NCBI GenBank assembly: GCA_017939755.1
Contig: JAGBAJ010000042.1
Coordinates: forward strand, 31,563 to 95,562
Source: Clostridia bacterium
GTDB lineage: Bacteria; Bacillota; Clostridia; TANB77; CAG-508
Reading direction: 5' to 3'
DNA: 64,000 nt
This document shows positions 39,780-51,041 of this stretch, one piece after another (position 1 is the first letter of the stretch; each line of letters starts with the position of its first letter). The notes below the pieces were generated by a model. The model was not told the DNA's origin. It worked only from the letters and a program-made list of their open reading frames with translations, and searched no databases. A program made the position numbers and the translations under genes.

Positions 39780-40958
39780 TTATTTACTATAATAGACTAT
39801 ATCTCCATCATTTAGCCTGGTGATTTTTATATTATTGTTTAATTCATATTGCGTAGTCTTTTTTCGCATATCGTCATTTGCTTTACTAAAATGAGGATAT
39901 ACATTTAAATCTATAAGCCCTAGGCCCGCATATGATTCAAGATTTACATTATACTTTTCTTTTGTTCCTTTTTTTATATCATAGTAATATTTGACATCGT
40001 TACCTAATACTATTGAACCTGCACTTTCACCTATATAAATCCCATGCTTTAAAAACTTTGCTATTATCTCTTTAAATCTAGTACTATTGCTTAGTTCCAG
40101 CAAATACGTCGTATTTCCACCTAATCCATAGACTATATCATAATTCAAAATAGTTTCCATATTTGATTCGTCTATATCTACTATATCACATTTTACTGCT
40201 CTAACTTTCATAAAATTACTTTGAACATTTTTTCTGGCAATATAGTTTCCCGTTCCTTCTGGTGCTGCATTTGCAATAACTATTACTCGTCTTCCTTTTG
40301 AAATTTCTTCAAACTTTCTTACATTTTCTTTAGATACAAAATTATTTATATCATTAAACCCTGCTGAAGTTACTAAAATATTATGCTTGCTGTTACTATA
40401 TTCTTCTAGTATTTTGTTTAGCTCTTTAATTTCATAAATGCTATTTTCTGCTGTGAAGTGTCCTGCTCCTTTAACAAATATCTTATTGGCATTTAATTTA
40501 TCCGCATATTTTTCACACTTCTCAATAGGACTATTGTTGTCATTATCACTATATAAAGAATATCTTTTGTTTATAAGATTTTTCGCAATTAAAAATTCTT
40601 CGTCTGATATTTTAAATATTTCATTTACATCCTTTAAATGGTCTGTTCTTCCAACATAATCAACAAATCCAGCAACTGATACAAATGTATCTATTCTTAA
40701 GTTTCTCTTAACTAAATATTTTGGAATACATTTGGTTCCTATACTATGAGTTATAATCATGCTCTCCTGATTTAAAGTTCCATTTTCTATATACGTGTCT
40801 AATATTTTTCCCCAAGATTCTGGAGAAGCTTCTGATCTTATTGGAAATATTGGATAATAATAATCCAAATTATGCTCTTTACAAAATTTCTCAACGCTTG
40901 GTGCAAAAGAATCTATGGTATTACCATTAACACTATGTATTAAAAAAACATTTTTCAT
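39780..40958 (-). CDS. Two-domain hydrolase: N-terminal alpha/beta-hydrolase (YdeN/RBBP9-like) plus C-terminal peptidase-S51/GATase1-like domain
   Basis: N-terminal 'ITHSIGTK' nucleophile elbow; C-terminal 'GESAGSIVLG', as in the S51 gene at 34535-35236. Confidence 0.5.
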   Translation of the reverse strand: MKNVFLIHSVNGNTIDSFAPSVEKFCKEHNLDYYYPIFPIRSEASPESWGKILDTYIENGTLNQESMIITHSIGTKCIPKYLVKRNLRIDTFVSVAGFVDYVGRTDHLKDVNEIFKISDEEFLIAKNLINKRYSLYSDNDNNSPIEKCEKYADKLNANKIFVKGAGHFTAENSIYEIKELNKILEEYSNSKHNILVTSAGFNDINNFVSKENVRKFEEISKGRRVIVIANAAPEGTGNYIARKNVQSNFMKVRAVKCDIVDIDESNMETILNYDIVYGLGGNTTYLLELSNSTRFKEIIAKFLKHGIYIGESAGSIVLGNDVKYYYDIKKGTKEKYNVNLESYAGLGLIDLNVYPHFSKANDDMRKKTTQYELNNNIKITRLNDGDIVYYSK

Positions 40959-41013
40959 ATAAATTTCATTTCCTTTCTTGTTGTTTATATGATAAGAAAA
41001 AAATCTAAAGGAT

Positions 41014-41538
41014 TTATTTGTTTAATAATTCTTTAAACTCATTAATGACCTTATCTTTATATTCTATATCCATTGGAACCCATTCATCAGAGTATATTAA
41101 TTTCCTTATTTCATCAAAACTTACCCATTTTATCTGAGCAACCTCATTTTCTGCTATAGTAAATTCACTAATATCTTTGTCACATTTGATAAAATACACT
41201 TGTCCAATTTCCTTTGCCCAATCCATTATATATTCAAATTTAAACTCACAATCTTGCTCAGTTATATCAATACCTATTTCTTCTTTTGCTTCTCTTATAA
41301 CACCTTGAATAATTGATTCTCCAGCATCAATATGTCCTGCACATGGCATATCCCAGCAATTTGGGAAATTCTTTTTACATTTAGCTCTTTTTTGAATTAG
41401 AAATTCTCCCTTACTATTATAAATCCATGTCCATGCTGGTTTATGATAAAACGTTGCTTCTTTTGAATGACACTCTTTTTTTGTTTTAACCCCTAAATAC
41501 TCTCCTTCGCGAGTATATGTATCAAATAATTCGTCCAT
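41014..41538 (-). CDS. NUDIX hydrolase
   Basis: Nudix box 'GHIDAGESIIQGVIREAKEEIGI' (Gx5Ex7REUxEExGU). Confidence 0.8.
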   Translation of the reverse strand: MDELFDTYTREGEYLGVKTKKECHSKEATFYHKPAWTWIYNSKGEFLIQKRAKCKKNFPNCWDMPCAGHIDAGESIIQGVIREAKEEIGIDITEQDCEFKFEYIMDWAKEIGQVYFIKCDKDISEFTIAENEVAQIKWVSFDEIRKLIYSDEWVPMDIEYKDKVINEFKELLNK

Positions 41539-41744
41539 TGAATTTCTCCTTCCGATTTATAATCTTATATGTTTTTCTCTAACATCTATCTGTTTTTTTT
41601 AGTTTAATTTCTGTATTTAGTATTTTTATTCGAATTATACCATATCTCCCATTTTTTTAGCAATCAGCAAAACTTTTTTTCTTAGTAGCTTTTGCATAAT
41701 CAATAAAAAGAAAAATACTAGAGATAATTCCCTAGTACCTTACA

Positions 41745-42665
41745 TTATTTCTTATAAATAGCTCTTACTACTTTTACTATTTCCTTTCGACTAATCAATT
41801 CGTTCGTTTTAGCTTTTAGATTATTAAATTTAGCTCCAATAGCATCAGATATAATTTTAGCTGTTTTTTCATCTTTTGCAACAATAACGCTATACCCATT
41901 TATTATATCCATACAATTTACAGAAATATATTCAACATTATTTTGACTACTTACAATTTGTAATATTGCTCTAATATCATCTTCGTATTTTTCTAAAAAT
42001 CTTTCAACATTTACTACTTCTAATTGGCCCATTGACCATGATATTGTCATGAATTGGTCTTTAAATTCAACTTCCATTTCTTCTCTTAAGTTTCCTCCAA
42101 TTTCTGACTTTTCCTCGAATATTGAAATTGTAATTTCTTCAGTTATTTCTGGCACCTTACTTTTTAACCATTCTGCCATTTCTATATCTTTTTTACTAGT
42201 TAGTTTAATTTTTAAATTCATAGTATTAGATATAATTCCATAATATAATAAAATTGCGGATTCCTTTGATATATCTATATTTTCGTTTTTATATCTTTCA
42301 GCCACAAGTGTAGCTGCTGCGCCAATTTGCTCTATTTGAACTTTTAATTTTTTATTTTCATTTGTCCATTCTTCTCTATTGTGATGATCAATTACTTCTA
42401 CAATATTTTCTTTTTTGATACTTTTTGATATTTCTGATAAGTAGTTTGTATCAACTAGTACTATCTTGTCATCATCTTCTATTTTATCAATATTCTCTAA
42501 TTTAATATTAAACATATCTAATACAATTTGAGCTTCTTTCTTCATTGTTCCTTCAAAGTAATAATTAGCATTTTCTCCGTTTTTTCTTAAGAACTCTGTA
42601 TATGCATACATTAACGATATACCATCCATGTCTGGATTTATGTATGTAGTTATTATTTTTCTCAT
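41745..42665 (-). CDS. DHH-family phosphoesterase (NrnA-like)
   Basis: 'NPDMDGIS', 'VLVDTN' and 'VIDHHN' DHH motifs; DHHA1-like C-terminus. Confidence 0.75.
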   Translation of the reverse strand: MRKIITTYINPDMDGISLMYAYTEFLRKNGENANYYFEGTMKKEAQIVLDMFNIKLENIDKIEDDDKIVLVDTNYLSEISKSIKKENIVEVIDHHNREEWTNENKKLKVQIEQIGAAATLVAERYKNENIDISKESAILLYYGIISNTMNLKIKLTSKKDIEMAEWLKSKVPEITEEITISIFEEKSEIGGNLREEMEVEFKDQFMTISWSMGQLEVVNVERFLEKYEDDIRAILQIVSSQNNVEYISVNCMDIINGYSVIVAKDEKTAKIISDAIGAKFNNLKAKTNELISRKEIVKVVRAIYKK

Positions 42666-42742
42666 TTCATACTCCTTTATTTTTCATTATACTTTCTGAA
42701 CTTACAATTCTTCTATTTATGGCATTTCGTACTTTATATATT

Positions 42743-43342
42743 TTATTTATTATAATGTTGATTTTTCTGTGCAATAATTGTATATATATGCCAATATTTA
42801 TTTTTCTTTCTAACACCATCTCTATAGCACTTTTCTTCTGAGAAATACAGAATATCATAATCCTTAAAGTAATCCATTAAATCTTCCTTTTTGATTGTTG
42901 TTCTTGTTTTATTCCAGTCATCATCTTCTCCAAGAAAATTTCCAACAAAAAAACCTTGAGAATTTATATTTCTATTTAAAAGATTCTCTATAAATTCTTG
43001 AAAATTTTCTTCTACAAACGGCATACTGAAATTTGCTAGTACTAAATCTGTACTTGGAAGTTTAATCTTTGAAAAATCTCCTATTATTATATCTAGATTG
43101 TCACTTTTTATATTTTTATTTTCAAAGATACTTTTTACTGATTCTTCGCAGTCAACTGCAGTTACTTTAAATCCTTTAGATAATAAAAACTCCGTGTCAT
43201 TTCCAACTCCACAACCTAAGTCTAAAGCTATATTTCCTTGTAATCTTTTATTATACTTATACATAAAAAATTTTCTTATTAAGGCTGATGGATTATTTTC
43301 CATTGTTGCTTTATAATATTTTTCTGGATTTCTCATGCTCAT
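42743..43342 (-). CDS. Class I SAM-dependent methyltransferase
   Basis: Motif I 'ALDLGCGVGND', post-I 'VTAVDCE'. Confidence 0.75.
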   Translation of the reverse strand: MSMRNPEKYYKATMENNPSALIRKFFMYKYNKRLQGNIALDLGCGVGNDTEFLLSKGFKVTAVDCEESVKSIFENKNIKSDNLDIIIGDFSKIKLPSTDLVLANFSMPFVEENFQEFIENLLNRNINSQGFFVGNFLGEDDDWNKTRTTIKKEDLMDYFKDYDILYFSEEKCYRDGVRKKNKYWHIYTIIAQKNQHYNK

Positions 43343-43385
43343 ATATACCTCCTACAAATTACTATAAATCAATAAAATTAAAAAT

Positions 43386-43694
43386 CTAATTGTTACTTTT
43401 TCTTTTTTCATATCCTTTTTTAAATTCATATATAAACATAATAATAAATAATAATCCTAACCCTATAAAAATTAGTGAGGCAATAATGTTTTTGTTTAAT
43501 AAAAATATACCTAGAGTTAAACTTCCGCCAATTAGCAATACTACAATTAATGTAGTCAATATAATTATGAGATATCTAATCCATTTACTATTTTTTTTAT
43601 TTTTTACTACTTTATCTGATGCTTCTATAAATGTTTGGACAAAAACTTCAATAAAAAAATCAATTACTAACTCCATAAATACTCTTCTTTTCAA
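43386..43694 (-). CDS. Small hypothetical membrane protein
   Basis: 102 aa with two TM segments. The opposite-strand ORF 43390-43743 fully overlaps it; I chose this strand because it is co-oriented with its neighbours. Confidence 0.3.
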   Translation of the reverse strand: MKRRVFMELVIDFFIEVFVQTFIEASDKVVKNKKNSKWIRYLIIILTTLIVVLLIGGSLTLGIFLLNKNIIASLIFIGLGLLFIIMFIYEFKKGYEKRKSNN

Positions 43695-44113
43695 TTTTCT
43701 TACTTCCTTTACAATTGTATGTATTGCTATTAATATAAAATAACATATTAACTAATCAAATACAAGTACAAATATCCACTAATACGATTCGATTTGACTA
43801 CTAACTTTGTATTCTTGGCTTAATGAAATTTCACTCATTTTCTGAATATCATCATCTTAATTTTATAGCATTTGCCTTATCAAGAACTTTTTGCTTTTCT
43901 CGAATATCTTTATTTAAATCTTCAATTTTTTACACATGATTTGGTAGAAATCTAATTCTGGTTCCTTGCCTAAATTTATAAGTTTATTTGCAGTAAAACC
44001 CATACTTAAAAATGTTTTTATATACCTTGTCTAAAAAAGAATTAATGCTAGTATGTTTACGCACGTTGTTGTCTATGTTATAATTAAAGAAAAGTTTATA
44101 GGAGAGTATAAAA

Positions 44114-44875
44114 ATGGATTATGATAAAGAGATAAAGAAAGATAAGATAGCGTACATAGCTATTGTACCAGTTGTATTGACTTTTTTAAAATTTGGTATA
44201 GATGAGCTATTTCCATGGAACAATAATTTGGGCGTATATCTTTTATATTATTTTTGTAAAGCTCTACCTGTTTATGTTATCTCAGGAATAGTTATCTTTT
44301 TTACAATCATATTCATATATTGGGAACTGAACAAAGAAATTGCATACAAAAAGTTAATCAAAAAAGCTCTGTTAATCTCTATAATACCTTTTTTCCTTAT
44401 TGAAACTATAAAATCTCCTGAAAATGTAAAAATAGATGGTAAACATACAAATTTATTGAATTATCAATATAATATTCTAAAAGATGTTATTGAAAATAAA
44501 ACTATAACCATAAAAATTGATGCTAGTAACATTGAAGCAAACAATTATATACCATATTTTAATAGGAATACTCGTGGTAGAGGTAATTATACTTATCCAG
44601 AGATATATCATTGTTATGTAATATATAATACCGAAAAATATGGCTATTCGTCAGTAGAAAGTAGTTATGTAGTATCAATAATTAATAGCTTAATAGACTT
44701 GGAGGACAAAATAACTATAGAATATTATAAAAATACAGGCATAATTAAAGCAATCGACGGAATAAACAAAACTGAACACAAAAAATTAGAAGAAAGAGTT
44801 GATTACTTAGAAAAGCAAAAAAACGAGCGATCACAGAATAAAAATAAAGATAAATACAAATATAATTATAATTAG
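44114..44875 (+). CDS. Hypothetical protein with N-terminal TM segments
   Basis: 253 aa; GAGAG RBS before the ATG; no assignable motif. Confidence 0.4.
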   Translation: MDYDKEIKKDKIAYIAIVPVVLTFLKFGIDELFPWNNNLGVYLLYYFCKALPVYVISGIVIFFTIIFIYWELNKEIAYKKLIKKALLISIIPFFLIETIKSPENVKIDGKHTNLLNYQYNILKDVIENKTITIKIDASNIEANNYIPYFNRNTRGRGNYTYPEIYHCYVIYNTEKYGYSSVESSYVVSIINSLIDLEDKITIEYYKNTGIIKAIDGINKTEHKKLEERVDYLEKQKNERSQNKNKDKYKYNYN

Positions 44876-45358
44876 ACAAATTCTCTTATTGTATAGATTG
44901 AGTAAGTTTATACTGCACAAATACAGGATTGGACGAGCGTATCAATCGCTTACTTTCTTATGTAATGTAGGTTCTATCTTTTTAATTGATATGGCGATAA
45001 ATATATCGTCATATCTTTCATTATCTTATATATGACTTCATTTTGTCCAAAAAAGATGGACAAGAGAACCGTTCCCTTGCCCACAACTTCAATAAACACC
45101 CACATACATTGCATTTATTGATGTAGTGCTATTATTGGCTTTTGCCCCCTACTTCAATAAGTGAACCCCTTCATCTGGAACACCATGACCTGCATCAATA
45201 ACAATAACTTTAGTTGTTAATTAATAGATAGTGCCTATAGTCCGGTCTGGAACTATCATCACGATATGTCTACATAAGACATTGACTTTTTAGCATAAAT
45301 TTGCTAAAATTATATAAAGACTCCCCTAAAAGGGAGAATATTAGAAAGGAAGATCATA

Positions 45359-45802
45359 ATGAAAAGTCGGACAGCAAAAGTTTTAGGGGTTGCTGTTATT
45401 GCAGTCATTGCAGCCACTGCAATTGCAATGGTGAAAGAAAAAAGTAGTGAATTGGAGGCAACCCCATTCACAACCACAACAGCAACAGAAATCACAGCAA
45501 CAGCAACAGCAGAAACAACAGCGACAACAATTACAACAGCAACAACAACCACAACAACTACTCTGGAGGTTAGAAAATATCTCCCAGAGTATACCCGTTC
45601 CTCTTATTGTAAGGGAAAGGTACTTACCACATCAATTGTGGTAAAAGACCAAAACGGCAATATTTCTGACTATATAAAAGAAGGAGAAACCTTCTATTAT
45701 TTAGATGTAGAAAATTACGGTAATATGGTCCACATATTTTATGAAAGGGCCAATGCCGTGTGCGACGGTTGGATACCGGAAAGAGAGGACTGGTGGAATT
45801 AA
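45359..45802 (+). CDS. Secreted protein with a Thr/Ala-rich low-complexity linker and a small C-terminal globular domain; GC-elevated
   Basis: Signal-peptide-like N-terminus 'MKSRTAKVLGVAVIAVIAATAIA'. About 45 residues of T/A repeats. Sigma-A-like promoter upstream (TTGACT-17-TAAAAT at ~45283-45312). Hairpin terminator downstream. Confidence 0.5.
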   Translation: MKSRTAKVLGVAVIAVIAATAIAMVKEKSSELEATPFTTTTATEITATATAETTATTITTATTTTTTTLEVRKYLPEYTRSSYCKGKVLTTSIVVKDQNGNISDYIKEGETFYYLDVENYGNMVHIFYERANAVCDGWIPEREDWWN

Positions 45803-45813
45803 TCCTTTATGCT

Positions 45814-45846
45814 GGAGTTCCTTTGTTGGAACTCCGGTATTTTTTA
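45814..45846 (+). terminator. Intrinsic terminator
   Basis: 'ggagttcc tttgtt ggaactcc' perfect 8-bp stem followed by 'ggtaTTTTTTATC'. Confidence 0.7.
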
Positions 45847-45944
45847 TCGTTTTTGTATGAATCTGTTTCGAGATACTCCAAGAGAAAACGGAAAAAATGC
45901 CAACATTTTTGAATGCTGACATTTTTAAAACTATATCCACTAAT

Positions 45945-46050
45945 TTGTCCACGTAGTTTTTTCCTTGATATTACAGGCTTTTTCGTAGTTTTGTCCACGA
46001 ACTCAAATTTACGTGGACAAATCGTGGACAAATTGTCCTTTGTGGACAAA
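45945..46050. promoter_or_regulatory. Cluster of five DnaA-box-like 9-mers (TTGTCCACG/A) in both orientations
   Basis: TTGTCCACG at 45945-45953 and 45991-45999. The reverse complement of TTGTCCACG appears at 46012-46020 and 46023-46031. The reverse complement of TTGTCCACA appears at 46041-46049. The DnaA box consensus is TTATCCACA, and TTGTCCACA is a common Firmicutes variant. Confidence 0.5.
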
Positions 46051-46103
46051 TTTCTTATTTTCTTAATTTTTCATAATTCCTTATTTTGTAAGGGTTTGCG
46101 AGA

Positions 46104-48860
46104 TTATTTACCACAACAGTTTTTATACTTTTTGCCACTTCCACATGGACATGGATCGTTTCTTCCAACCTTTGGCTCTTCATTAACTACTGTCTTATTA
46201 AGTCCGCCCTCTTTTGGTTTTACAGTTCCATCAACTAAATTTATAGCTGCATCTTCAAGTCCTGCTCCAGTAATTTCTGCTGCTTCTGATCTCTTAACAT
46301 TTTCCTCTTTCTTTTCAATATTTAGCATAATCTTAGCAACATCGTCTTTTAAGTCTTCAATCATGTCATCAAACATGTCGGCACCTTCAAGTCTGTATTG
46401 AACAACTGGATCTTTTTGTGCATATGCACGAAGGCCAATACCATTTTTTAACTCGTCCATATCATCGATGTGATCCATCCATTTTTGGTCAACTACCTTT
46501 AATATAACAACTCTTTCAAGCTCTCTCATATTTTCTGAACCAAATTCAGCTTCTTTAGCTTCGTATTTTTCATGTGCTTTTGCTTTAACTTCTTCAATTA
46601 CTTCTTTTGCATCAATTTTTTCTGCCTTAATTGATTGTAAGTCTGTTATTCCAAAAGAGTTTTCTATATCTTTTAATAGTGCTTCTGAATTATCTAATCC
46701 ATCATCTGTCATATAACCATATACTAGTCTAGAAATTGAATCGTCTATCATGTTATTTACATTGCTCTTTAAGTCTTCTCCGTCTAAAACTTGCTTTCTT
46801 TGAGCATATATAATTTCTCTTTGAGAATTCATAACATCGTCATATTGAAGAACATGTTTTCTTATGCTGAAGTTTTTACCTTCTACTTTCTTTTGAGCTC
46901 TTTCAACAGCTTTTGAAATAAGCTTTGAGTTTATAGGCATATCTTCATCTGCATCTAATTTTTCATATACAGTGATTATTTTATCTCCACCAAAAATTTT
47001 CATTAGGTCATCTTCTAGTGAAATATAAAATCTAGATTCACCTGGGTCACCTTGACGACCAGAACGTCCACGTAACTGGTTATCAATTCTTCGTGATTCA
47101 TGTCTTTCTGTACCTATTATTTTTAAACCACCAGCGGCAATAACTTTTTCTTTTTCTGTTTTGATTTTTTCTTCAAAGCTATCTCTAACTTCTTTGTAAT
47201 GAGCTCTTTCTTTTTTGATTTGCTCGTCGTCTGTTTCGTAATATGTTGTTGCTTCTTCAACCTGCTCTGGTGTATATTTTTCCATTCTAAGTTGTTGTTT
47301 TGCTAAATACTCACTATTACCACCAAGCATAATATCTGTACCACGTCCAGCCATGTTAGTTGCAATTGTAACTGCACCATACTTACCAGCTTGTGCTATA
47401 ATTTCAGCCTCTTTTTCATGTTGCTTAGCGTTTAATACTTCGTGTTTAATTCCTTCATCAGAAAGCATTTTGCTAAGTATTTCTGACTTTTCGATAGAAA
47501 CAGTACCAATAAGAACTGGTTGTCCTTTTTTGTGACTTTCTTTAACTTCTTTAACTACTGCTCTAAATTTAGCTTTTTCATTTTTATATATAACATCGTT
47601 GTTATCAACTCTTATCATTGGCTTGTTAGTTGGTATTTCAATAACATCTAATTTATATATTTCTTGGAATTCTGCCTCTTCTGTTTTAGCAGTACCAGTC
47701 ATACCTGATAATTTTTCATACATTCTAAAGTAATTTTGGAATGTAATTGTAGCAAGAGTCTTAGATTCGTCTGCAATTTTAACATGCTCTTTAGCTTCAA
47801 TTGCTTGATGTAATCCATTATTGTATCTTCTACCATACATGATACGTCCTGTAAACTCATCTACAATTAATACTTCGCCATTTTTTACAATGTAGTCTAT
47901 ATCCTTTTTCATAATTCCATGAGCTTTTAATGCTTGGTTAACATTATGAACTAACTCAGAGTTATCTAAATCATTAAAGTTTTCAAGTCCAAATTCTTGT
48001 TCAGCTTTCTTAATACCTTTATCTGTTAATGTTGCTGATTTAGCTTTTAAATCTACTATATAGTCATATTTTTCATTATCTTCAGCTTGCTCAAAATTTT
48101 TAACATCTTCTTCTACAATAACTTTTGGAGTTAATTTTCTAACAAAAGAATCTGCTTTCGAATATAGGTTTGAAGATTTGTTAGCTCTACCAGAAATGAT
48201 AAGTGGTGTACGAGCCTCATCAACTAAAATACTATCAATTTCATCGACAATTGCAAATTTAAGTTTTCTTTGAACTAATTGCTCTTTATAAATAACCATG
48301 TTATCTCTTAAATAATCAAATCCATACTCATTATTTGTACCATATGTTATATCTGCGTCATAAGCAGCTTTTTTCTCGTTAGGTTTCATTCCATTTATTA
48401 TTATTCCAACAGTTAATCCAAGGAACTTATATAAATTTCCCATCATTTCTCCCTGGTATTTTGCTAAGTAATCGTTAACTGTTATTACGTGAACACCTTC
48501 TCCTGTTAATGCATTTAAATATGCAGGAAGTGTTGCAACTAATGTTTTTCCTTCACCTGTTTTCATTTCGGCGATTCTACCTTGGTGAAGTATAATACCA
48601 CCAATTAATTGTACGTCGAATGGTCTCATTCCTAAAACCCTAACAGAAGCTTCTCTAACTACTGCGAATGCCTCTGGTAATATATCATCTAATGTTTCAC
48701 CTCTACCTAGTCTATCTTTAAATTCTATTGTTTTGTGTTGTAATTCAGCGTCAGATAATTTTTTCATTGAGTCTTCTAAGCCATTGATTAAATCAACTAA
48801 AGGCATAACTCGTTTAACTTCCCTTTCGCTATAATTAAATAATTTCTTGATTACACCCAT
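46104..48860 (-). CDS. secA: Preprotein translocase ATPase SecA
   Basis: 918 aa. Motor domains ('[20 protein letters not shown]', '[19 protein letters not shown]', '[11 protein letters not shown]'). C-terminal zinc-binding tail '[14 protein letters not shown]'. Confidence 0.97.
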   Translation of the reverse strand: MGVIKKLFNYSEREVKRVMPLVDLINGLEDSMKKLSDAELQHKTIEFKDRLGRGETLDDILPEAFAVVREASVRVLGMRPFDVQLIGGIILHQGRIAEMKTGEGKTLVATLPAYLNALTGEGVHVITVNDYLAKYQGEMMGNLYKFLGLTVGIIINGMKPNEKKAAYDADITYGTNNEYGFDYLRDNMVIYKEQLVQRKLKFAIVDEIDSILVDEARTPLIISGRANKSSNLYSKADSFVRKLTPKVIVEEDVKNFEQAEDNEKYDYIVDLKAKSATLTDKGIKKAEQEFGLENFNDLDNSELVHNVNQALKAHGIMKKDIDYIVKNGEVLIVDEFTGRIMYGRRYNNGLHQAIEAKEHVKIADESKTLATITFQNYFRMYEKLSGMTGTAKTEEAEFQEIYKLDVIEIPTNKPMIRVDNNDVIYKNEKAKFRAVVKEVKESHKKGQPVLIGTVSIEKSEILSKMLSDEGIKHEVLNAKQHEKEAEIIAQAGKYGAVTIATNMAGRGTDIMLGGNSEYLAKQQLRMEKYTPEQVEEATTYYETDDEQIKKERAHYKEVRDSFEEKIKTEKEKVIAAGGLKIIGTERHESRRIDNQLRGRSGRQGDPGESRFYISLEDDLMKIFGGDKIITVYEKLDADEDMPINSKLISKAVERAQKKVEGKNFSIRKHVLQYDDVMNSQREIIYAQRKQVLDGEDLKSNVNNMIDDSISRLVYGYMTDDGLDNSEALLKDIENSFGITDLQSIKAEKIDAKEVIEEVKAKAHEKYEAKEAEFGSENMRELERVVILKVVDQKWMDHIDDMDELKNGIGLRAYAQKDPVVQYRLEGADMFDDMIEDLKDDVAKIMLNIEKKEENVKRSEAAEITGAGLEDAAINLVDGTVKPKEGGLNKTVVNEEPKVGRNDPCPCGSGKKYKNCCGK

Positions 48861-49000
48861 TCTAATTACTCCTTTTCTGTCTTATGTATCTTAAGTTTTT
48901 TTATCTGTCAGTACTATATCACTAAAAACATTTTTTAGCAACAAAAATCATATTTTTTTTATCCCTATAATAAAATTTATAAAATACAATTTCCGAGGTA

Positions 49001-49561
49001 ATGTTTATGTTTATTTATAATATTAGTATTAATAAAAAAAAGAATTCTAAAACTATTTTTTTAACAATTAGCATCTTACTAATTGTAACGCTTATTATTT
49101 TTATATGCAACATAGTAAATAGTAATCGAATGTACGTTCAAGATACTATGTCTATTCCTGATACTATAGAAATTCCAGCCTCTAATTATACCAATGTTTT
49201 AGACGATTGTTATGCTAATTTGGATAATTATGTTGGTCAAAAAATTAAATTTTCTGGCTTTATTTATAGGCTTTATGACTTCAAAGAAAATCAATTTGTG
49301 CTTGGACGTGAAATGATATTAGAAAAACAATCTGACGCTCAGGCAAAAGTTGTTGTTGTAGGGTTTATGTGTGAGACAAAGACATCTTTATCATTTATTG
49401 ATAATACTTGGGTAGAAATTGAAGGTACAATTACAAAAGGCCACTACCATTCAGATATTCCAATGATAAAAATTTCAAGTATTAAGGAAGTTAATCGTCC
49501 AGAAAATGAATATGTGTATCCACCAGATGGAGGATACACGCCTACTGAATATTCCTTTTAA
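49001..49561 (+). CDS. Hypothetical membrane-anchored protein (N-terminal TM, extracytoplasmic domain)
   Basis: 186 aa; one TM helix then a soluble domain; no confident family assignment. Confidence 0.4.
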   Translation: MFMFIYNISINKKKNSKTIFLTISILLIVTLIIFICNIVNSNRMYVQDTMSIPDTIEIPASNYTNVLDDCYANLDNYVGQKIKFSGFIYRLYDFKENQFVLGREMILEKQSDAQAKVVVVGFMCETKTSLSFIDNTWVEIEGTITKGHYHSDIPMIKISSIKEVNRPENEYVYPPDGGYTPTEYSF

Positions 49562-49608
49562 ATGATTTTAGAATATTGCCAGTTGCTCTCTAAATGAGAT
49601 TTTGCTAT

Positions 49609-49762
49609 GACTCTAAGATATAGAGTTAATTTATGTTGTTCCGCCCCAACTGCGAAGAATAAGTACTTGCTGCTTTGCTACCCGCTTGCAGCATTCACTT
49701 ATTCTATCTTGTCGGTCCCCACCTTAACTTTACATCATAAATTAACTCTATATCTTAGACTC
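49609..49762 (-). ncRNA. Copy 3 of the 154-nt structured repeat element (reverse orientation)
   Basis: Perfect 27-bp closing stem 'gactctaagatatagagttaatttatg' / 'cataaattaactctatatcttagactc'. The minus strand carries 'aagttaaggtggggaccgacaag...cgcagttggggcg'. Apical region differs from copies 1 and 2 but still forms a hairpin ('gctgc...gcagc'). Confidence 0.45.
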
Positions 49763-49781
49763 CTTACATATTTCTGATAAT

Positions 49782-50873
49782 TTACTCAATTATTGATTTT
49801 ACCAACCCTTTGTCTATTGTTCTGGCAAATATATTTTTTAAAATAATTAGTACTATCGGACCTACAAATAAGCCTAGCACTCCACATAATCTAAACCCTG
49901 TATACATTGCAATTATTGTAAAAATTGGATGAATTCCAATTTGACCGCCAACAATCTTTGGCTCTATCATTTGTCTAACTATCGTCATGATTACCCAAAG
50001 AACAAAAATGGCAAGTCCTAGCCTTAAATCACCTTTACATGCTGCTATTATTGCCCATGGAACCATTACCATACCAGATCCTAAAATAGGAAGAGCATCA
50101 ACAAATCCGATTGCTAATGCAAACAACAATGGATATCTAATATTTAATCCAACGAAATAATATATATATAGTCCAACAAGTGAAATAATAAAGGATATAA
50201 CAATTAAAATAACTTGCGCTTTTAGATATCCTCCTAACGAACTTACTATTCCATGTACATGTTTGCTGATTTTTTTTACCCAATCAGCTGGCAAATGGTG
50301 CTCTAGTTGATCTATCATATATATTTTGTCCGTACTAATAAAATATAAAGACATTATTGTAATTACAATATAAAACACGACCGTTGGTATTGATGTAAGC
50401 TTTGCTAACAAGCCCGTAAAAAAGTCTTTTAAATAATTTGAAGCATGTACTAATAAATTTTGGGTTGAATTATCTAATAGATCTTTTAATTGGCCAGATA
50501 ATTGAATTTTACTAAAGTCCAATTTCGCCGTCTTTTCTTGGATAAAATCAGAAATTATCATTATATAATCGTTCAAATTACTTAATAAATTGGATGCTTC
50601 AGATACAAGTGTTACAATTCCCCATATAAGCAATCCAATAATTATAGATAATACTATAACCAGAATTAGTAAAGCACTCGTTTTTCGCTTGAACTTTAAT
50701 TTATTCATACAAAATTTAATAACTGGCTCTATCATAAAGTACAATGCGAATGCTACCAAAAACGGCATGTAAAATGCCGCAAGCTTAAGCCCAATAAATA
50801 TTAGTACAATTGATATGACTAGTATTAAAATTTTCTTTACAATTTTTTTAACATCATTATTTTTTATTAACAT
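49782..50873 (-). CDS. AI-2E family transporter (YtvI-like sporulation integral membrane protein)
   Basis: 363 aa, about 8 TM helices, conserved 'PIFTIIAMYTGFRLCGVLGLFVGPIVL' C-terminal core of the AI-2E/PerM family. Confidence 0.75.
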   Translation of the reverse strand: MLIKNNDVKKIVKKILILVISIVLIFIGLKLAAFYMPFLVAFALYFMIEPVIKFCMNKLKFKRKTSALLILVIVLSIIIGLLIWGIVTLVSEASNLLSNLNDYIMIISDFIQEKTAKLDFSKIQLSGQLKDLLDNSTQNLLVHASNYLKDFFTGLLAKLTSIPTVVFYIVITIMSLYFISTDKIYMIDQLEHHLPADWVKKISKHVHGIVSSLGGYLKAQVILIVISFIISLVGLYIYYFVGLNIRYPLLFALAIGFVDALPILGSGMVMVPWAIIAACKGDLRLGLAIFVLWVIMTIVRQMIEPKIVGGQIGIHPIFTIIAMYTGFRLCGVLGLFVGPIVLIILKNIFARTIDKGLVKSIIE

Positions 50874-51041
50874 ATGTAAATCACCATAATTATTCTATGC
50901 TGATTTATATTTTATATACTTTAAATATAGAACAAATCTGAAAAAATTAAAGATTTTTTCAGATTTGTTCGGCGCCAAAATTTATGAAATAAATTTTGTG
51001 TGCAATATAAAAAGGGCATTTTTAGTTTGCCCTTTACATTC

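Noticed and set aside
45310-45644. ORFs 45310-45552 (-) 'VVVAVVIVVAVV...' and 45447-45644 (+) Q-rich 'QPQQQQKSQQQQQQKQQ'
   Set aside because: These are alternative-frame and antisense readings of the Thr/Ala codon repeat (ACA/GCA/ACC) inside the secreted-protein gene 45359-45802. The low-complexity translations are artefacts.
45900-46100. DnaA-box cluster considered as the chromosomal origin (oriC)
   Set aside because: No dnaA/dnaN genes or AT-rich DNA-unwinding element are adjacent. The region lies between convergent secA and a secreted-protein gene, so it is more likely a secondary DnaA-box cluster or another regulator's site.
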